Notes: generated from the sequence alone by a model not told the origin. Shown: positions 1 through 10,304, numbered from the stretch's first letter. The stretch: 64,000 nucleotides of DNA from Microcoleaceae cyanobacterium (GCA_049647265.1 JBARXJ010000015.1:1-64000), one strand, 5' to 3'. A program made the numbers and translations.

Positions 1-45
1 ACCCTGATTGAGTCCTGGATTTAATAATCCGGGGCTATTTTTTTT
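1..45 (+). repeat. Copy 1 of a ~45-bp direct repeat (ACCCTGATTGAGTCCTGGAT..GGGGCTATTTTTTTT). It has an imperfect hairpin CCTGGAT-N7-ATCCGGG followed by a T-run and looks terminator-like. It may be truncated by the window edge.
   Basis: Read directly from the sequence. Near-identical to 199..245. Confidence 0.5.
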
Positions 46-198
46 GCCATGAAATTCACGCTTTAAGTGAGGCGTTTCTGCGGAGAAATATTCCCAGTTA
101 GCTTACACGTCATTATACCTAACTGAATAATTCCAAAACATTTTTATAAATCTTCCGGAATCGTTAACCCTTTCTCCGAGAATATAAATAGTAGATGC

Positions 199-245
199 AC
201 CCTGATTGAGTCCTGGATAAAATTATCTGGGGCTATTTTTTTTTG
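199..245 (+). repeat. Copy 2 of the ~45-bp terminator-like direct repeat
   Basis: ACCCTGATTGAGTCCTGGATaaAATtaTCtGGGGCTATTTTTTTTT, about 90% identical to copy 1 and 198 bp downstream of it. Confidence 0.5.
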
Positions 246-425
246 GAGAATTTTAACAAATCGTTCCTGATATCAGTGCTTTTCTCTGTAGTGAGAAAAA
301 ATGGTACACATACCCTATATATTGTCCTAGAGGAATACTCTAGGGCATTTTCTTAAACATTGTTTAAGAATTACAGGTAGAAAGACCCTGGTTAAAGCCT
401 TATTCTGATTTTAATGTCGATGCCT

Positions 426-1289
426 TCAAGACAGCTTCTTTGATTGCTCAGAAGAAACCACATCAGGCAAAGAACGATTAGTTATATATAACCATAGCAG
501 CCCTAATAGTCCTAACGCAATACCAATCAGGCTAACAATTTGTGCAATTCTTAGTGGCCCAAACATCAGGCTATCCATTCTTAATGCTTCTATCCAAATC
601 CGACCACTACTGTAAACCAGCATATAAACTAGAAATATTGTCCCTGGTTTTAGGGGTGACTTACCTTTGAGTCCTCGGAAAAACAGGGTTAACAGTAAAA
701 TAAATATTCCGACATTCCATAAAGACTCGTATAAAAAAGTGGGATGAAAGTATTCATAACTCATTAGTCCTGGGGGACGGTTTTGAGGGGGAATGTAGAG
801 TTTCCAGGGTAAGTCTGTTGGCTTACCAAAGGCTTCTGAGTTGAAGAAATTACCCCAGCGTCCAATGGCTTGACCTAAAATCAATGAAGGTGCCACCACA
901 TCGGCCAGTTGCCAAAAGGAAACCTTTTGAAGTTTAGCAAAAATCAGGACGGCTAATATTCCACCTAAAATTGCGCCGTGAATGGCGATACCCCCTTGCC
1001 AAATGGCTAAAATGCGGCTGGGGTCTTGGGCATATTTTTCCCATTCAAAGGCAACATAATATAATCTAGCCCCAGGAATTGCCCCTAATACTAACCATAT
1101 GGCTAAATCTCCTACTAAGTCTGGGTCGAGGTGACGACGTTTTGCCAAATATTGAGATAACGTTACCCCAATTAATAAGGCTGAAGCAATGAGTAAACCA
1201 TACCAACGCAAGGCTATCGGCCCAATCTCGAAAATTATTGGCCCAGGAGAGGCAAATTGGAAGGCAAACTGCAAACCTGCAATTTCCAT
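426..1289 (-). CDS. lgt: Prolipoprotein diacylglyceryl transferase
   Basis: 287-aa polytopic membrane protein with Lgt signature regions (GLLIASALL..., [28 protein letters not shown]). Confidence 0.88.
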   Translation of the reverse strand: MEIAGLQFAFQFASPGPIIFEIGPIALRWYGLLIASALLIGVTLSQYLAKRRHLDPDLVGDLAIWLVLGAIPGARLYYVAFEWEKYAQDPSRILAIWQGGIAIHGAILGGILAVLIFAKLQKVSFWQLADVVAPSLILGQAIGRWGNFFNSEAFGKPTDLPWKLYIPPQNRPPGLMSYEYFHPTFLYESLWNVGIFILLLTLFFRGLKGKSPLKPGTIFLVYMLVYSSGRIWIEALRMDSLMFGPLRIAQIVSLIGIALGLLGLLWLYITNRSLPDVVSSEQSKKLS

Positions 1290-1439
1290 AATGATTTAAA
1301 TTAGATGAATAACAGTCAGTTCTGTTTTTTATGTTACCGGATGGATGAAAATTGTAAACAACGAGGATTTAGTCAATGATTTAATTCTGAATATTTTGAG
1401 TTTCATCCCCTGACAATGCAAAAATAATTTAATTAAACC

Positions 1440-2306
1440 TCACTGATTGATTTTACTATAATTAGCAAGAATTGTTTTTAGATGAGTAATTACAATATCG
1501 GTTTGTTCTAACATTGCCATATGTCCGCAATTCGGAATTTCGATAACATTATCTTTTCCTTGTTGAGACAGCCAATGAAACTTTGCCAGATGATAAACAT
1601 ACTGCAATTCCATCACTTTATCCTGTTTTCCCGCTAAAAAATAAACGGGTTGTTGGAGTTGAGAAACGACTTCGGGTAAACGTTTGACTTCTGCTTCTGT
1701 GGTAGAATCCAATAAGCTTTTCAAAGCTGCATCCGGGTTAGCGGCGATAAAATCAACGATACGTTGACGACCCCAGGAACGTTGCAGAGGACGGGAAACT
1801 TGAGTCCGAGTAAATAGCAAATCTAAACCGGGAATCCGGCTTAACCAAGGAGGACGGAACTTAACAATTTGTTCACCAGCGGCGCGAAATCGCTTGAATT
1901 CGGCTTCTAAATAAATCCCGCCTCCGGCATTAATACACACCACCCCTTGTACCCGTTGAGGCTGTTTTTGTGCCGCTAACAACGCAATCGTTCCCCCGAG
2001 AGAATGTCCCACTAACCACACCGAAGATAAGTTGAGTTTTTCAAGTAACAGCAAAATATCTTCAGCATAAGCCGCTGGGGTATAATCCTGCTGAGATGAG
2101 GTTTGATTTTGGCGAAGTTGAGACTGTCCAAATCCCCGTAAATCATAGGATAAACATTGATAATCTGAAGATAAACCCGCCATCACCGGTTGCCAATACT
2201 GCCGACTTAACAACCACCCATGAATAAAAACAAGTGTGGGGGAAGCCGACACCGGCTGAGTGAGTTGATAAATCTGTTGAATCCCGTTAATATCAATTGA
2301 TTTCAT
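1440..2306 (-). CDS. Alpha/beta-fold hydrolase
   Basis: HGW oxyanion motif (LVFIHGWLLS), nucleophile elbow GHSLGG, C-terminal His (NCGHMAMLE). Confidence 0.75.
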   Translation of the reverse strand: MKSIDINGIQQIYQLTQPVSASPTLVFIHGWLLSRQYWQPVMAGLSSDYQCLSYDLRGFGQSQLRQNQTSSQQDYTPAAYAEDILLLLEKLNLSSVWLVGHSLGGTIALLAAQKQPQRVQGVVCINAGGGIYLEAEFKRFRAAGEQIVKFRPPWLSRIPGLDLLFTRTQVSRPLQRSWGRQRIVDFIAANPDAALKSLLDSTTEAEVKRLPEVVSQLQQPVYFLAGKQDKVMELQYVYHLAKFHWLSQQGKDNVIEIPNCGHMAMLEQTDIVITHLKTILANYSKINQ

Positions 2307-2555
2307 ACGCTAATCCACATCTAAATCTAAGTTAATCCTCCGCCTGTCAGCGTTGAAAGCATCATGAGTGATTGATTACGAATAATTAATAATAAATCAA
2401 AAAGGACAAATGTGATTAATTCACGTCTTACTGTTCATTTCTCCCTGTACCTCAACCCCTCAGCTAAACTGCCTAATAACTTATCCCTTGTCGAATTGAC
2501 TCCTAAATGCTACCAATATAGGGATAAACCTCTATTTTTAAACCCGATTTAAACC

Positions 2556-2759
2556 ATGGAAGAATTTCTGAAAAATATCTCTCGCTATCCTCGCTATTTA
2601 ATTTCCTTTTCATTGGGTATCTTCTTTTTCTTATTTGAGCAACTCAGACCCTTTTTGAAACGCCCTGTTACCGCAATTGCATTGGTCGGTTTAGTGGGTG
2701 GCACACTTGCCTTTACGTTTTTTACTTTACGGGCTATGTTTGGATTAAGTCCAGTCTAG
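2556..2759 (+). CDS. ycf33: Ycf33-like small membrane protein (DUF751)
   Basis: 67 aa with two TM segments. The N-terminal RYPRYLISFSLGIFF resembles plastid and cyanobacterial Ycf33 (FPRFFIS...). Confidence 0.5.
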   Translation: MEEFLKNISRYPRYLISFSLGIFFFLFEQLRPFLKRPVTAIALVGLVGGTLAFTFFTLRAMFGLSPV

Positions 2760-2858
2760 TTGGTGGCAACTGGCAATTTTAATATCTTTTAGAGTCGAAT
2801 TCTTGTACAATCAAGATGCCGGCTCTTCCTAATTTCACATCAATCAATATCGGTTCAT

Positions 2859-3113
2859 ATGAATATTGTCACTATTATTGGATTACTGGCAGGAAGCTTA
2901 ACAACAATCGCGTTTCTTCCTCAGGTGATTAAAACTTGGAAAACCAAATCAACAAAGGATGTTTCTTTGACAATGTTTCTGACATTTTGTACGGGTGTCA
3001 GCTTATGGATTGTTTACGGATTTTTAGAAAAAGACTTACCCGTGTTAATGGCAAATATTGTAACGTTTCTTCTGGCTTCAATCATTCTGGGATTTAAGCT
3101 AAAATATAAATAA
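2859..3113 (+). CDS. SemiSWEET / PQ-loop (MtN3-like) sugar transporter monomer
   Basis: 84 aa with three TM helices and a PQ motif (FLPQVIKTWKTKSTKDVSL). Confidence 0.6.
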   Translation: MNIVTIIGLLAGSLTTIAFLPQVIKTWKTKSTKDVSLTMFLTFCTGVSLWIVYGFLEKDLPVLMANIVTFLLASIILGFKLKYK

Positions 3114-3133
3114 ATTATTGAAATACAATCAGA

Positions 3134-4774
3134 GTGAATTCTTCTATCTTTAACGCTGAACGTTTGCTATTTACTCCCGCGACTCCTGATATTGATGCAA
3201 TTCCTATCATTTTTGCATTTCCCAATGAGTATACGGTGGGGATTACTAGCTTAGGATATCAGATTGTCTGGGCAACATTAGCACTGCGTTCTGATGTTAA
3301 AGTCAGTCGATTATTTACAGATATTTCAGAACCGATTCCAGCTTCTCCTGAACTCGTTGGGTTTTCGATTTCTTGGGAATTAGATTATGTCAATTTATTA
3401 GAACGATTAGAGTTTATACAAATTCCCATACGCGCCAATCATCGCAGTGAAGAACATCCGTTAATCTTTGGTGGGGGGCCAGTTCTCACCGCAAATCCTG
3501 AACCTTTTGCTGATTTTTTTGATGTAATTTTATTAGGAGATGGCGAGAATTTATTAGGAGATTTTATTGAGGCTTATAAAACAGTTCGCGGACAAACTCG
3601 TCAAACTCAACTCAAAAAATTATCAACAATTCCCGGTATTTATATTCCCAGTTTATATCAGGTGGATTATGAAAGTCCAACTGGGAGAATTAAAAGTATT
3701 GAACCCATCGATATTGATATCCCGCCACAAGTAGAAAAACAAACCTATCGTGGCAATACATTATCCGCTTCAACGGTCGTCACTGAAAAAGCCGCCTGGG
3801 AAAATATTTTCATGGTAGAAGTGGTGCGTAGCTGCCCAGAAATGTGTCGTTTTTGCTTAGCCAGTTATCTCACATTACCATTTAGAACAGCTAGTTTAGA
3901 AGGTTCATTAATTCCGGCAATAGAGAAAGGTTTAACAGTAACAAATCGCTTGGGTTTATTGGGGGCATCTGTAACTCAACATCCCGAATTTAATGATTTA
4001 TTAGATTATATTAATCAACCCAAATATGATGAGGTTCGACTCAGTTTAGCTTCAGTTAGAACCAATACCGTCACAGAAAAGTTAGCAAAAACTTTAGCCA
4101 ATCGAGATACCAGAAGTATTACAATTGCTGTCGAAAGTGGCAGCGATCGCCTGAGAAAAATTGTTAATAAAAAGCTAGAAAACGAAGAAATTATTCAAGC
4201 TGCCGTTAATGCAAAAGCCGGAGGATTAAAAGCCTTAAAACTGTATGGTATGGTGGGAATTCCAGGAGAAGAATCTGAAGATATTACTGCCACAATTGAG
4301 ATGATGACTGCGATTAAAAAAGCAGCACCGGGCTTAAAATTGACCTTAGGCTGTAGTACTTTTGTGCCTAAATCTCATACCCCGTTTCAATGGTTTGGCG
4401 TGAATAAACAGGCAGATAAACGCTTAAAACTACTGGAAAAACAGCTTCGATCTCAAGGGATAGATTTTCGTCCCGAAAGTTATAAATGGTCTGTGATTCA
4501 AACTTTAATATCTAGAGGCGATCGCCGTTTGTCTCATCTATTAGAATTAGTGCGAAATTATGGCGAATCATTAGGCAGTTATAAACGGGCTTTTAAACAA
4601 CTCAAAGGTCAATTACCGCCCTTAGAATTCTATGTTCATCAAGATTGGGAACTGGATCAAATTTTACCTTGGCATCATTTACTCGGCCCCCTTCCCATTC
4701 TTACAATTAAAAAACATTTAGCCGACTCAACTCAGTATTTTCACCGAACTAACTCTCAGGATAAAGCAGTATAA
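3134..4774 (+). CDS. B12-binding-domain radical SAM protein
   Basis: CPEMCRFC (CX3CX2C) radical SAM cluster motif, N-terminal B12-binding-like fold, 546 aa. It starts 20 nt after the SemiSWEET gene. Confidence 0.75.
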   Translation: MNSSIFNAERLLFTPATPDIDAIPIIFAFPNEYTVGITSLGYQIVWATLALRSDVKVSRLFTDISEPIPASPELVGFSISWELDYVNLLERLEFIQIPIRANHRSEEHPLIFGGGPVLTANPEPFADFFDVILLGDGENLLGDFIEAYKTVRGQTRQTQLKKLSTIPGIYIPSLYQVDYESPTGRIKSIEPIDIDIPPQVEKQTYRGNTLSASTVVTEKAAWENIFMVEVVRSCPEMCRFCLASYLTLPFRTASLEGSLIPAIEKGLTVTNRLGLLGASVTQHPEFNDLLDYINQPKYDEVRLSLASVRTNTVTEKLAKTLANRDTRSITIAVESGSDRLRKIVNKKLENEEIIQAAVNAKAGGLKALKLYGMVGIPGEESEDITATIEMMTAIKKAAPGLKLTLGCSTFVPKSHTPFQWFGVNKQADKRLKLLEKQLRSQGIDFRPESYKWSVIQTLISRGDRRLSHLLELVRNYGESLGSYKRAFKQLKGQLPPLEFYVHQDWELDQILPWHHLLGPLPILTIKKHLADSTQYFHRTNSQDKAV

Positions 4775-4889
4775 TAGAGCTAATAACAGAGAATTAGAGG
4801 CAGCTATTTTCTTCTTTGTTATACAGAGAGCGATCTAAAACTGAATGCTATCAAGAGTTATTTTGCTCCCTGATGGGTGAAGAAAAATT

Positions 4890-5678
4890 ATGCTGAATTT
4901 AGGAAAATATAACTTACTTGGACTACAAGTGAATGCGATTGATTATGAAGCCGCAACTGCACAAATTATCAAAGCAGCTAAAAATAATCAAACGTTTCTA
5001 GTCGCAGCCCAACCCGTCCATGGCGTAATGACCTCTGTTTTAAATCAAAAATATCGTTATCGTCTGAATCAATTTGATCTCGTTTGTCCAGATGGTCAAC
5101 CCGTACGCTGGGCATTAAACCTACTCTATCAAACCCAGATGAAAGATCGGGTTTACGGGCCGACTTTAACCCTAAAAGTTTGTCAAAAAGCAGCAGAAAC
5201 TGGGGTTAGTATTTTCCTGTATGGTTCTAAACCTGAAGTTTTAAATAAACTGCAAAATAATCTAAAAATAAAATATCCTAATTTAAAAATTGCTGGGGTA
5301 ATTTCTCCACCGTTTCGTCCTCTCAGCATAGAAGAAGAACAACGCTATATCGAAGAAATTCGTCAATCCAACGCGGGTATTTTGTTAGTAGGATTGGGTT
5401 GTCCGCGTCAAGAACATTGGGCGTATGAACATCGACACCAGCTTAATTGCGCCATACTCTGCGTCGGAGCAGCTTTTGACTTTCATGCTGGAAATATTCC
5501 TCAGGCCCCCCCATGGATGCAGCGAGGCGGCTTAGAATGGTTGTTTCGTTTCTTTCAAGAACCTTTTAGACTTTGGAAACGTTACGTTTTACTCAATCCC
5601 CTCTATCTGATTTTACTACTCTTACAAACTCTAAAAGTTCTGCCTGTGCAAAAATGGGCGCGAATACAACGCTATTGA
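4890..5678 (+). CDS. WecB/TagA/CpsF-family glycosyltransferase (N-acetylmannosaminyltransferase-like)
   Basis: 262 aa with family-typical LGLQVNAIDYEAATAQI, LVCPDGQPVRW and GLGCPRQEHW segments. Confidence 0.78.
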   Translation: MLNLGKYNLLGLQVNAIDYEAATAQIIKAAKNNQTFLVAAQPVHGVMTSVLNQKYRYRLNQFDLVCPDGQPVRWALNLLYQTQMKDRVYGPTLTLKVCQKAAETGVSIFLYGSKPEVLNKLQNNLKIKYPNLKIAGVISPPFRPLSIEEEQRYIEEIRQSNAGILLVGLGCPRQEHWAYEHRHQLNCAILCVGAAFDFHAGNIPQAPPWMQRGGLEWLFRFFQEPFRLWKRYVLLNPLYLILLLLQTLKVLPVQKWARIQRY

Positions 5679-5932
5679 TCTGACTCATCCTCAGAAGAAT
5701 TAGCCTTTCCAACGCCAAGCTGTTTTTTTGATTTTTTTAGTTGTTTCCACAGGAACTTAATTTGTTGATAAGCTTCCTCGGCTGAAATTTTACCATTAGT
5801 TTCTAATGCACAAATATAGCTTGCCCGTTGAGCAAATTCCTGTAAATTGGCATTAAATGCTAAATTTTCTGGGGTAAATTCTCCTCTATAGGAACTACGG
5901 GGATAGAGGAACTCATCACGGTCATTCATCAT
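5672..5932 (-). CDS. Hypothetical protein (86 aa, conserved-looking, acidic C-terminal tail)
   Basis: ORF only. It overlaps the 3' end of the glycosyltransferase gene by 7 nt on the opposite strand. Confidence 0.35.
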   Translation of the reverse strand: MMNDRDEFLYPRSSYRGEFTPENLAFNANLQEFAQRASYICALETNGKISAEEAYQQIKFLWKQLKKSKKQLGVGKANSSEDESDQ

Positions 5933-6352
5933 TTATCCTTTAATTAATAAGTAGATGTCAATTTTCGCCAAATGTCAATTATTATCTAATAGATAACTAT
6001 TATCTCATCCTAACCCACTTTTACTTTTGAAGTAGGATACATTGCAGCCTATGGCTTGGGGGTTTTCTAATGAATTCTACCCTTGTCAGCAAAGGGGGTT
6101 GTCGTTTATACTGATGCAAAGATAGCTCGAAAAATTAAGTTATAAGATAGTTAGATCAGATCAGTTGTGCCGCATACAATAGAATCGAGCGAATCGAGTT
6201 ATTATATTCTACCGAAACCCTGAAATATTACTGAGTGTCAGTGTATAAAATATTACGGTGTATTTAGGCATTGCCATTTGCCTAAAATCAACTAAAGTAT
6301 AATACATCCGATATCCCATTTGCTCAGTTTCTAGAAAACCCAAAAAATAACG

Positions 6353-7135
6353 ATGTTAACTTCAACAACGAACAATCTTAAGTATGATAGTTTGGCGTTA
6401 TTACGCCAGTATCACCGGACACCCTGTAATCAAATTCGTAATCAAATTGTTCAGCTTAATATCGGGCTAGTTCGTAAAGAAGTGCATCACTGGGTCAAAC
6501 AATGCACCGAAAGTTACGAAGACTTGATGCAAGTGGGTTGTATTGGCTTAATTCGCGCCATTGAACGGTTTGATCTCTCTCGTGGCAGTGCTTTTAGTAC
6601 CTTTGCAGTGCCTTATATTCGAGGTGAAATTCAACATTACCTTAGGGATAAAAGCCCTTCAGTCCGGTTACCCCGGCAATGGGTAGACTTGCAACGGCAA
6701 GCAATGGATGCCACCCAACAGCTTCAAATTCAACTCAACCGCCGTCCAACAGATACAGAAATTGCAGAATATCTTAAGATCTCAGTCGAAGAATGGCATC
6801 AAGTCAAACTAGCCCGCCAGAACCGTTCTTTGCTGAGTTTAGATGCCCCCGTTCAAGACCAAGATGCCGATGCCAGTTGTTTAGGGGAATTGGTTCCTGA
6901 CCCGCGTTATCGCAGCTTTCAACTCGCACAAGAAGATCAAATCCGTTTACAACAAGCCTTAGCTCGTTTAGAAGAAGGAACTCGTCGAGTCCTTGAATTT
7001 GTATTTTTACATGATTTGACTCAAAAAGAAACTGCCGAACGGATGGGTATTAGCGCCGTTACGGTTTCTCGTCGTGTTAAACGAGGCTTAACATCTCTCA
7101 AAGGGTTAATGAACGGTTCAGAAGATATCGATTAA
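6353..7135 (+). CDS. sigF: RNA polymerase sigma factor, group 3 (SigF/SigB type)
   Basis: Sigma-70 regions 2, 3 and 4 (GLVRKEVHH, FSTFAVPYIRGEIQHYLRD, C-terminal HTH ETAERMGISAVTVSRR). 260 aa. A 420-bp upstream untranslated region precedes it. Confidence 0.75.
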   Translation: MLTSTTNNLKYDSLALLRQYHRTPCNQIRNQIVQLNIGLVRKEVHHWVKQCTESYEDLMQVGCIGLIRAIERFDLSRGSAFSTFAVPYIRGEIQHYLRDKSPSVRLPRQWVDLQRQAMDATQQLQIQLNRRPTDTEIAEYLKISVEEWHQVKLARQNRSLLSLDAPVQDQDADASCLGELVPDPRYRSFQLAQEDQIRLQQALARLEEGTRRVLEFVFLHDLTQKETAERMGISAVTVSRRVKRGLTSLKGLMNGSEDID

Positions 7136-7270
7136 ATCAGGCTATCCGAAATTAAGTCAAGTGAGAGTGAAGAAAAATAGTATATTTGTCTATCCTAAAG
7201 TATCAGATTCTGTCGGAGTCATGACAATATATCTTCACTTAATCGCTTAACTCAAATTGGAGAATGATTT

Positions 7271-8572
7271 ATGGGTTTATTCGAGAGTATTCGAGGTCAA
7301 TTTATTGATGTTATCGAATGGATTGATCCAAGTCACGATACAATTGTTTATCGGTTTGAACGCCATAATAACGAAATCAAACAAGGTGCTAGGTTAACTG
7401 TTCGTCCGGGTCAACAAGCAATATTTGTCAATGAAGGACAAATTGCGGATGTATTTGAGCCGGGAATGTATACCCTCAATACTGAAAACCTTCCCATTCT
7501 CAGCACCTTAAAAGCATGGCCCTATGGCTTTAATTCTCCCTTCAAAGCAGAAGTTTATTTCGTTAGTACAAAAACCTTTACCAATTTAAAATGGGGAACG
7601 GCAAACCCTATTATTGTTAGAGATGCAGACTTTGGCGCTGTTAGAGTTAGAGCCTACGGAAATTATAGTATTCATGTTACCAACCCCGCTAATTTATTAC
7701 AACAACTCGTCAGTACAGATGGGCTATTTCAAGTTAATGAAATTCAAGATCATTTGCGTAACCGTATCGTAACTGCTTTTGCCAGTTGGCTCGGAAAATC
7801 TAAAATCCCATTACTAGATTTTGCCGCATATTATAGCGAATTAGGAGAACAAGTTCGTCAGGGAATTCAAACCGAAATAGCCAGTTTAGGACTACAATTA
7901 ACCGGACTATTAATTGAAAATGTATCTGTTCCGCCCAACGTTGAAGAAGCCATTGATAAACGCGCTTCTATCGGAATTTTAAATAATATCCCACAATATA
8001 GCCAATATCAAATGGCAAATGCGATAGAACAGTCGGCTCAAAACCCCGCTGGTGGTAATGTTGGCTTAGAATTTGGTATGGGGATGGCAATGGCGCAACA
8101 ATTTACCCAAGCAAACGCCCCGCAACCGCAGCAACCTGCACCCCCACCACCTCCGACAACGACTCAATGGTACATGACTCGTAACGGTCAGTCAGTCGGG
8201 CCATTTACCCCAGAACAACTACAGCAGCAAGGGTTAACGCCTCAAACTATGGTATGGCGGACGGGTATGAATGAATGGATGAATGTATCTCAAATACCAG
8301 AACTTGCCGGGATGGTTCAACCGCCTGCACCGCCTACACCGTCTGCACCGCCGCCTATCCCGCAACCCCCTGAATTAACCCAGAAAGCAGAATGGTATCT
8401 ATTTCGCAGTGGTCAACCCACCGGGCCGTATACCCTGGATGAATTGCGACAACCTGACCTTAGGCTTTCAGGCAGAACTAATGTCCGTAAAGAAGGAGAA
8501 ACGGAATGGCAGCGGGCGCGATATATTCCGGAGTTGAGTGAGGTTTTAGCAATATTGGAGAGTGGAGAGTAG
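7271..8572 (+). CDS. SPFH/band-7 domain protein (YdjI-like, 'virion core protein'-type) with two C-terminal DUF4339 (GYF-like) repeats and a proline-rich linker
   Basis: N-terminal approximately 270-aa SPFH-like core. Repeated W-x-x-x-x-G-Q-x-x-G-P-[FY]-T modules (WYMTRNGQSVGPFT, WYLFRSGQPTGPYT). PAPPPPP linker. Confidence 0.65.
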   Translation: MGLFESIRGQFIDVIEWIDPSHDTIVYRFERHNNEIKQGARLTVRPGQQAIFVNEGQIADVFEPGMYTLNTENLPILSTLKAWPYGFNSPFKAEVYFVSTKTFTNLKWGTANPIIVRDADFGAVRVRAYGNYSIHVTNPANLLQQLVSTDGLFQVNEIQDHLRNRIVTAFASWLGKSKIPLLDFAAYYSELGEQVRQGIQTEIASLGLQLTGLLIENVSVPPNVEEAIDKRASIGILNNIPQYSQYQMANAIEQSAQNPAGGNVGLEFGMGMAMAQQFTQANAPQPQQPAPPPPPTTTQWYMTRNGQSVGPFTPEQLQQQGLTPQTMVWRTGMNEWMNVSQIPELAGMVQPPAPPTPSAPPPIPQPPELTQKAEWYLFRSGQPTGPYTLDELRQPDLRLSGRTNVRKEGETEWQRARYIPELSEVLAILESGE

Positions 8573-8861
8573 GGAGTTGCTTGCTGGTATATGATTTTCA
8601 AATTTAACGAAATTGTTTCAATTTGAGATTTAGTAAGGAAACCAAAATGCTATTGGGGGAGCTTCCCCAAACCCCCACCTCAGGACGTTACGACCTCCCC
8701 GAACCCCTGCCGTGAGGGTGAAAATCTTAATTTTATCAAAGCTATAACTGGCGTTTAAGTAAAAAATAGCTGTTTTCTCAATTATTTGACAAGATTCTCA
8801 AAATCATATCCACAGGCTCAAGGTAGTGCGGGAAAAAATAACGTTGCGAAATGAATAACAA

Positions 8862-10304
8862 ATGATAAATAACGAACAACTAACCAACAGTGTTCAACAT
8901 CTTGCTTGTTCCGGTTGCGGTGCGCCGTTGACTTTTGACCCCCAGACAGGGCGGCTCAAGTGTGGATATTGTGGCGGTGAAGAAGCGATTCCAGAAGCAC
9001 CCAGAGCGGTGCAAGAACAGTCCTACAACGGACAATTCCACTATGATTCGAGTCGGTTGGCTCCCCTCTCGGAAACGGCGGTAGAAGTTAAATGTAATGG
9101 CTGTGGGGCGGATATTTTGTTTCCCTCAATTCAAACAGCCGGAGAATGTCCGTTTTGTGCCACACCGTTATTAACTGAACCAACAAAAGCCAGTCCAACG
9201 GTTATTCCTGAAGGGGTTATTCCGTTTAAATTTGATGAGAAACAAGCGAAACAGCATATTCAGAAATGGATAAGTAGTCGTTGGTTTGCCCCTTCAGCGT
9301 TGAAACAACTGGCGCAACAGGAGAAATTACAAGGGGTTTATTTACCGTTTTGGACGTATGATGCTGAGACAGTGAGTCAGTATCGCGGTCAACGGGGCGA
9401 ATACTATTACGAAACAGAGACGTATACTGTTACGGTAACAGATGAGGATGGTAATACCTCGGAAGAAGAAAGGACTCGGGAAGTTCGCCATACGCACTGG
9501 TATTCTGCGTCGGGTTGGGTACAACGAGGGTTTGATGATATCTTAATTTCGGCGACAACTGCCGTGTGTCAAAGTCGTTTGGATGCGTTAGAACCTTGGG
9601 GTTTAGAAAAGTTACAACCGTATCATCCTTCCTATTTAGCGGGTTTTGAAGCCCAGCGTCCGCAAGTGTCTTTAGAGGATGGGTTTGACACGGCGAAAGA
9701 TATGATGAAACCGGATATTTATTGTGCAGTGCGTCGCGATATTGGCGGAGATGAACAACGCATTCATCAGGTCAATACAGAATATAATCAGGTCACGTTT
9801 AAGCTAATTTTATTACCCGTTTGGCTCAGTTGTTATCGCTATCGAAATCAACAATATCAGGTAATGGTGAATGCTCAAACGGGAGAAGTTCAAGGAGAAC
9901 GTCCTTATAGTTATTGGAAGATTGGTAGTACAATTGTCAGTGTCATTGTGGCGATCGCCAGTGCTGTAATTTTACCAGAAATTAATTGGAATCAGTTTAG
10001 AGAGTTTCGCCCACCTCAACCCAATCAACCCACAGTTATTACGCCATCTTCTCCACCGCCGCCACCGCCAACAATGGATGATATTTGGAGAGAAGCAGTT
10101 AATTCTGCAACGAAAGCAGCCAATTTAGCGCAAACAGCCGAAACTCAACAACAATGGAATCGAGTGGCGTTACAATGGCAAGAAGCAATTAATTTAATGA
10201 AAGCAGTTCCGGTTTCCGATCCGAATTATACAACGGCTCAACAAAAAGTAATAGAATATCAGAAGTATTTAGAAGTGGCGCAACAACAGGCGGCAAGTTT
10301 TTAG
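8862..10304 (+). CDS. Double C4 zinc-ribbon membrane protein (YdjG-like) with TM anchor and proline-rich tail
   Basis: CSGCGAPL..CGYCGG and CNGCGADI..CPFC ribbons. Predicted TM helix IGSTIVSVIVAIASAVILP. PSSPPPPPP tract. Confidence 0.55.
   Translation: MINNEQLTNSVQHLACSGCGAPLTFDPQTGRLKCGYCGGEEAIPEAPRAVQEQSYNGQFHYDSSRLAPLSETAVEVKCNGCGADILFPSIQTAGECPFCATPLLTEPTKASPTVIPEGVIPFKFDEKQAKQHIQKWISSRWFAPSALKQLAQQEKLQGVYLPFWTYDAETVSQYRGQRGEYYYETETYTVTVTDEDGNTSEEERTREVRHTHWYSASGWVQRGFDDILISATTAVCQSRLDALEPWGLEKLQPYHPSYLAGFEAQRPQVSLEDGFDTAKDMMKPDIYCAVRRDIGGDEQRIHQVNTEYNQVTFKLILLPVWLSCYRYRNQQYQVMVNAQTGEVQGERPYSYWKIGSTIVSVIVAIASAVILPEINWNQFREFRPPQPNQPTVITPSSPPPPPPTMDDIWREAVNSATKAANLAQTAETQQQWNRVALQWQEAINLMKAVPVSDPNYTTAQQKVIEYQKYLEVAQQQAASF

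Noticed and set aside
5933-6352. A 420-bp gene-free region upstream of the sigma factor gene as a possible ncRNA or riboswitch
   Set aside because: There is no recognisable riboswitch or sRNA structure and no terminator-like hairpin. It is more simply a long promoter and 5' UTR, which is common for group-3 sigma factor genes.
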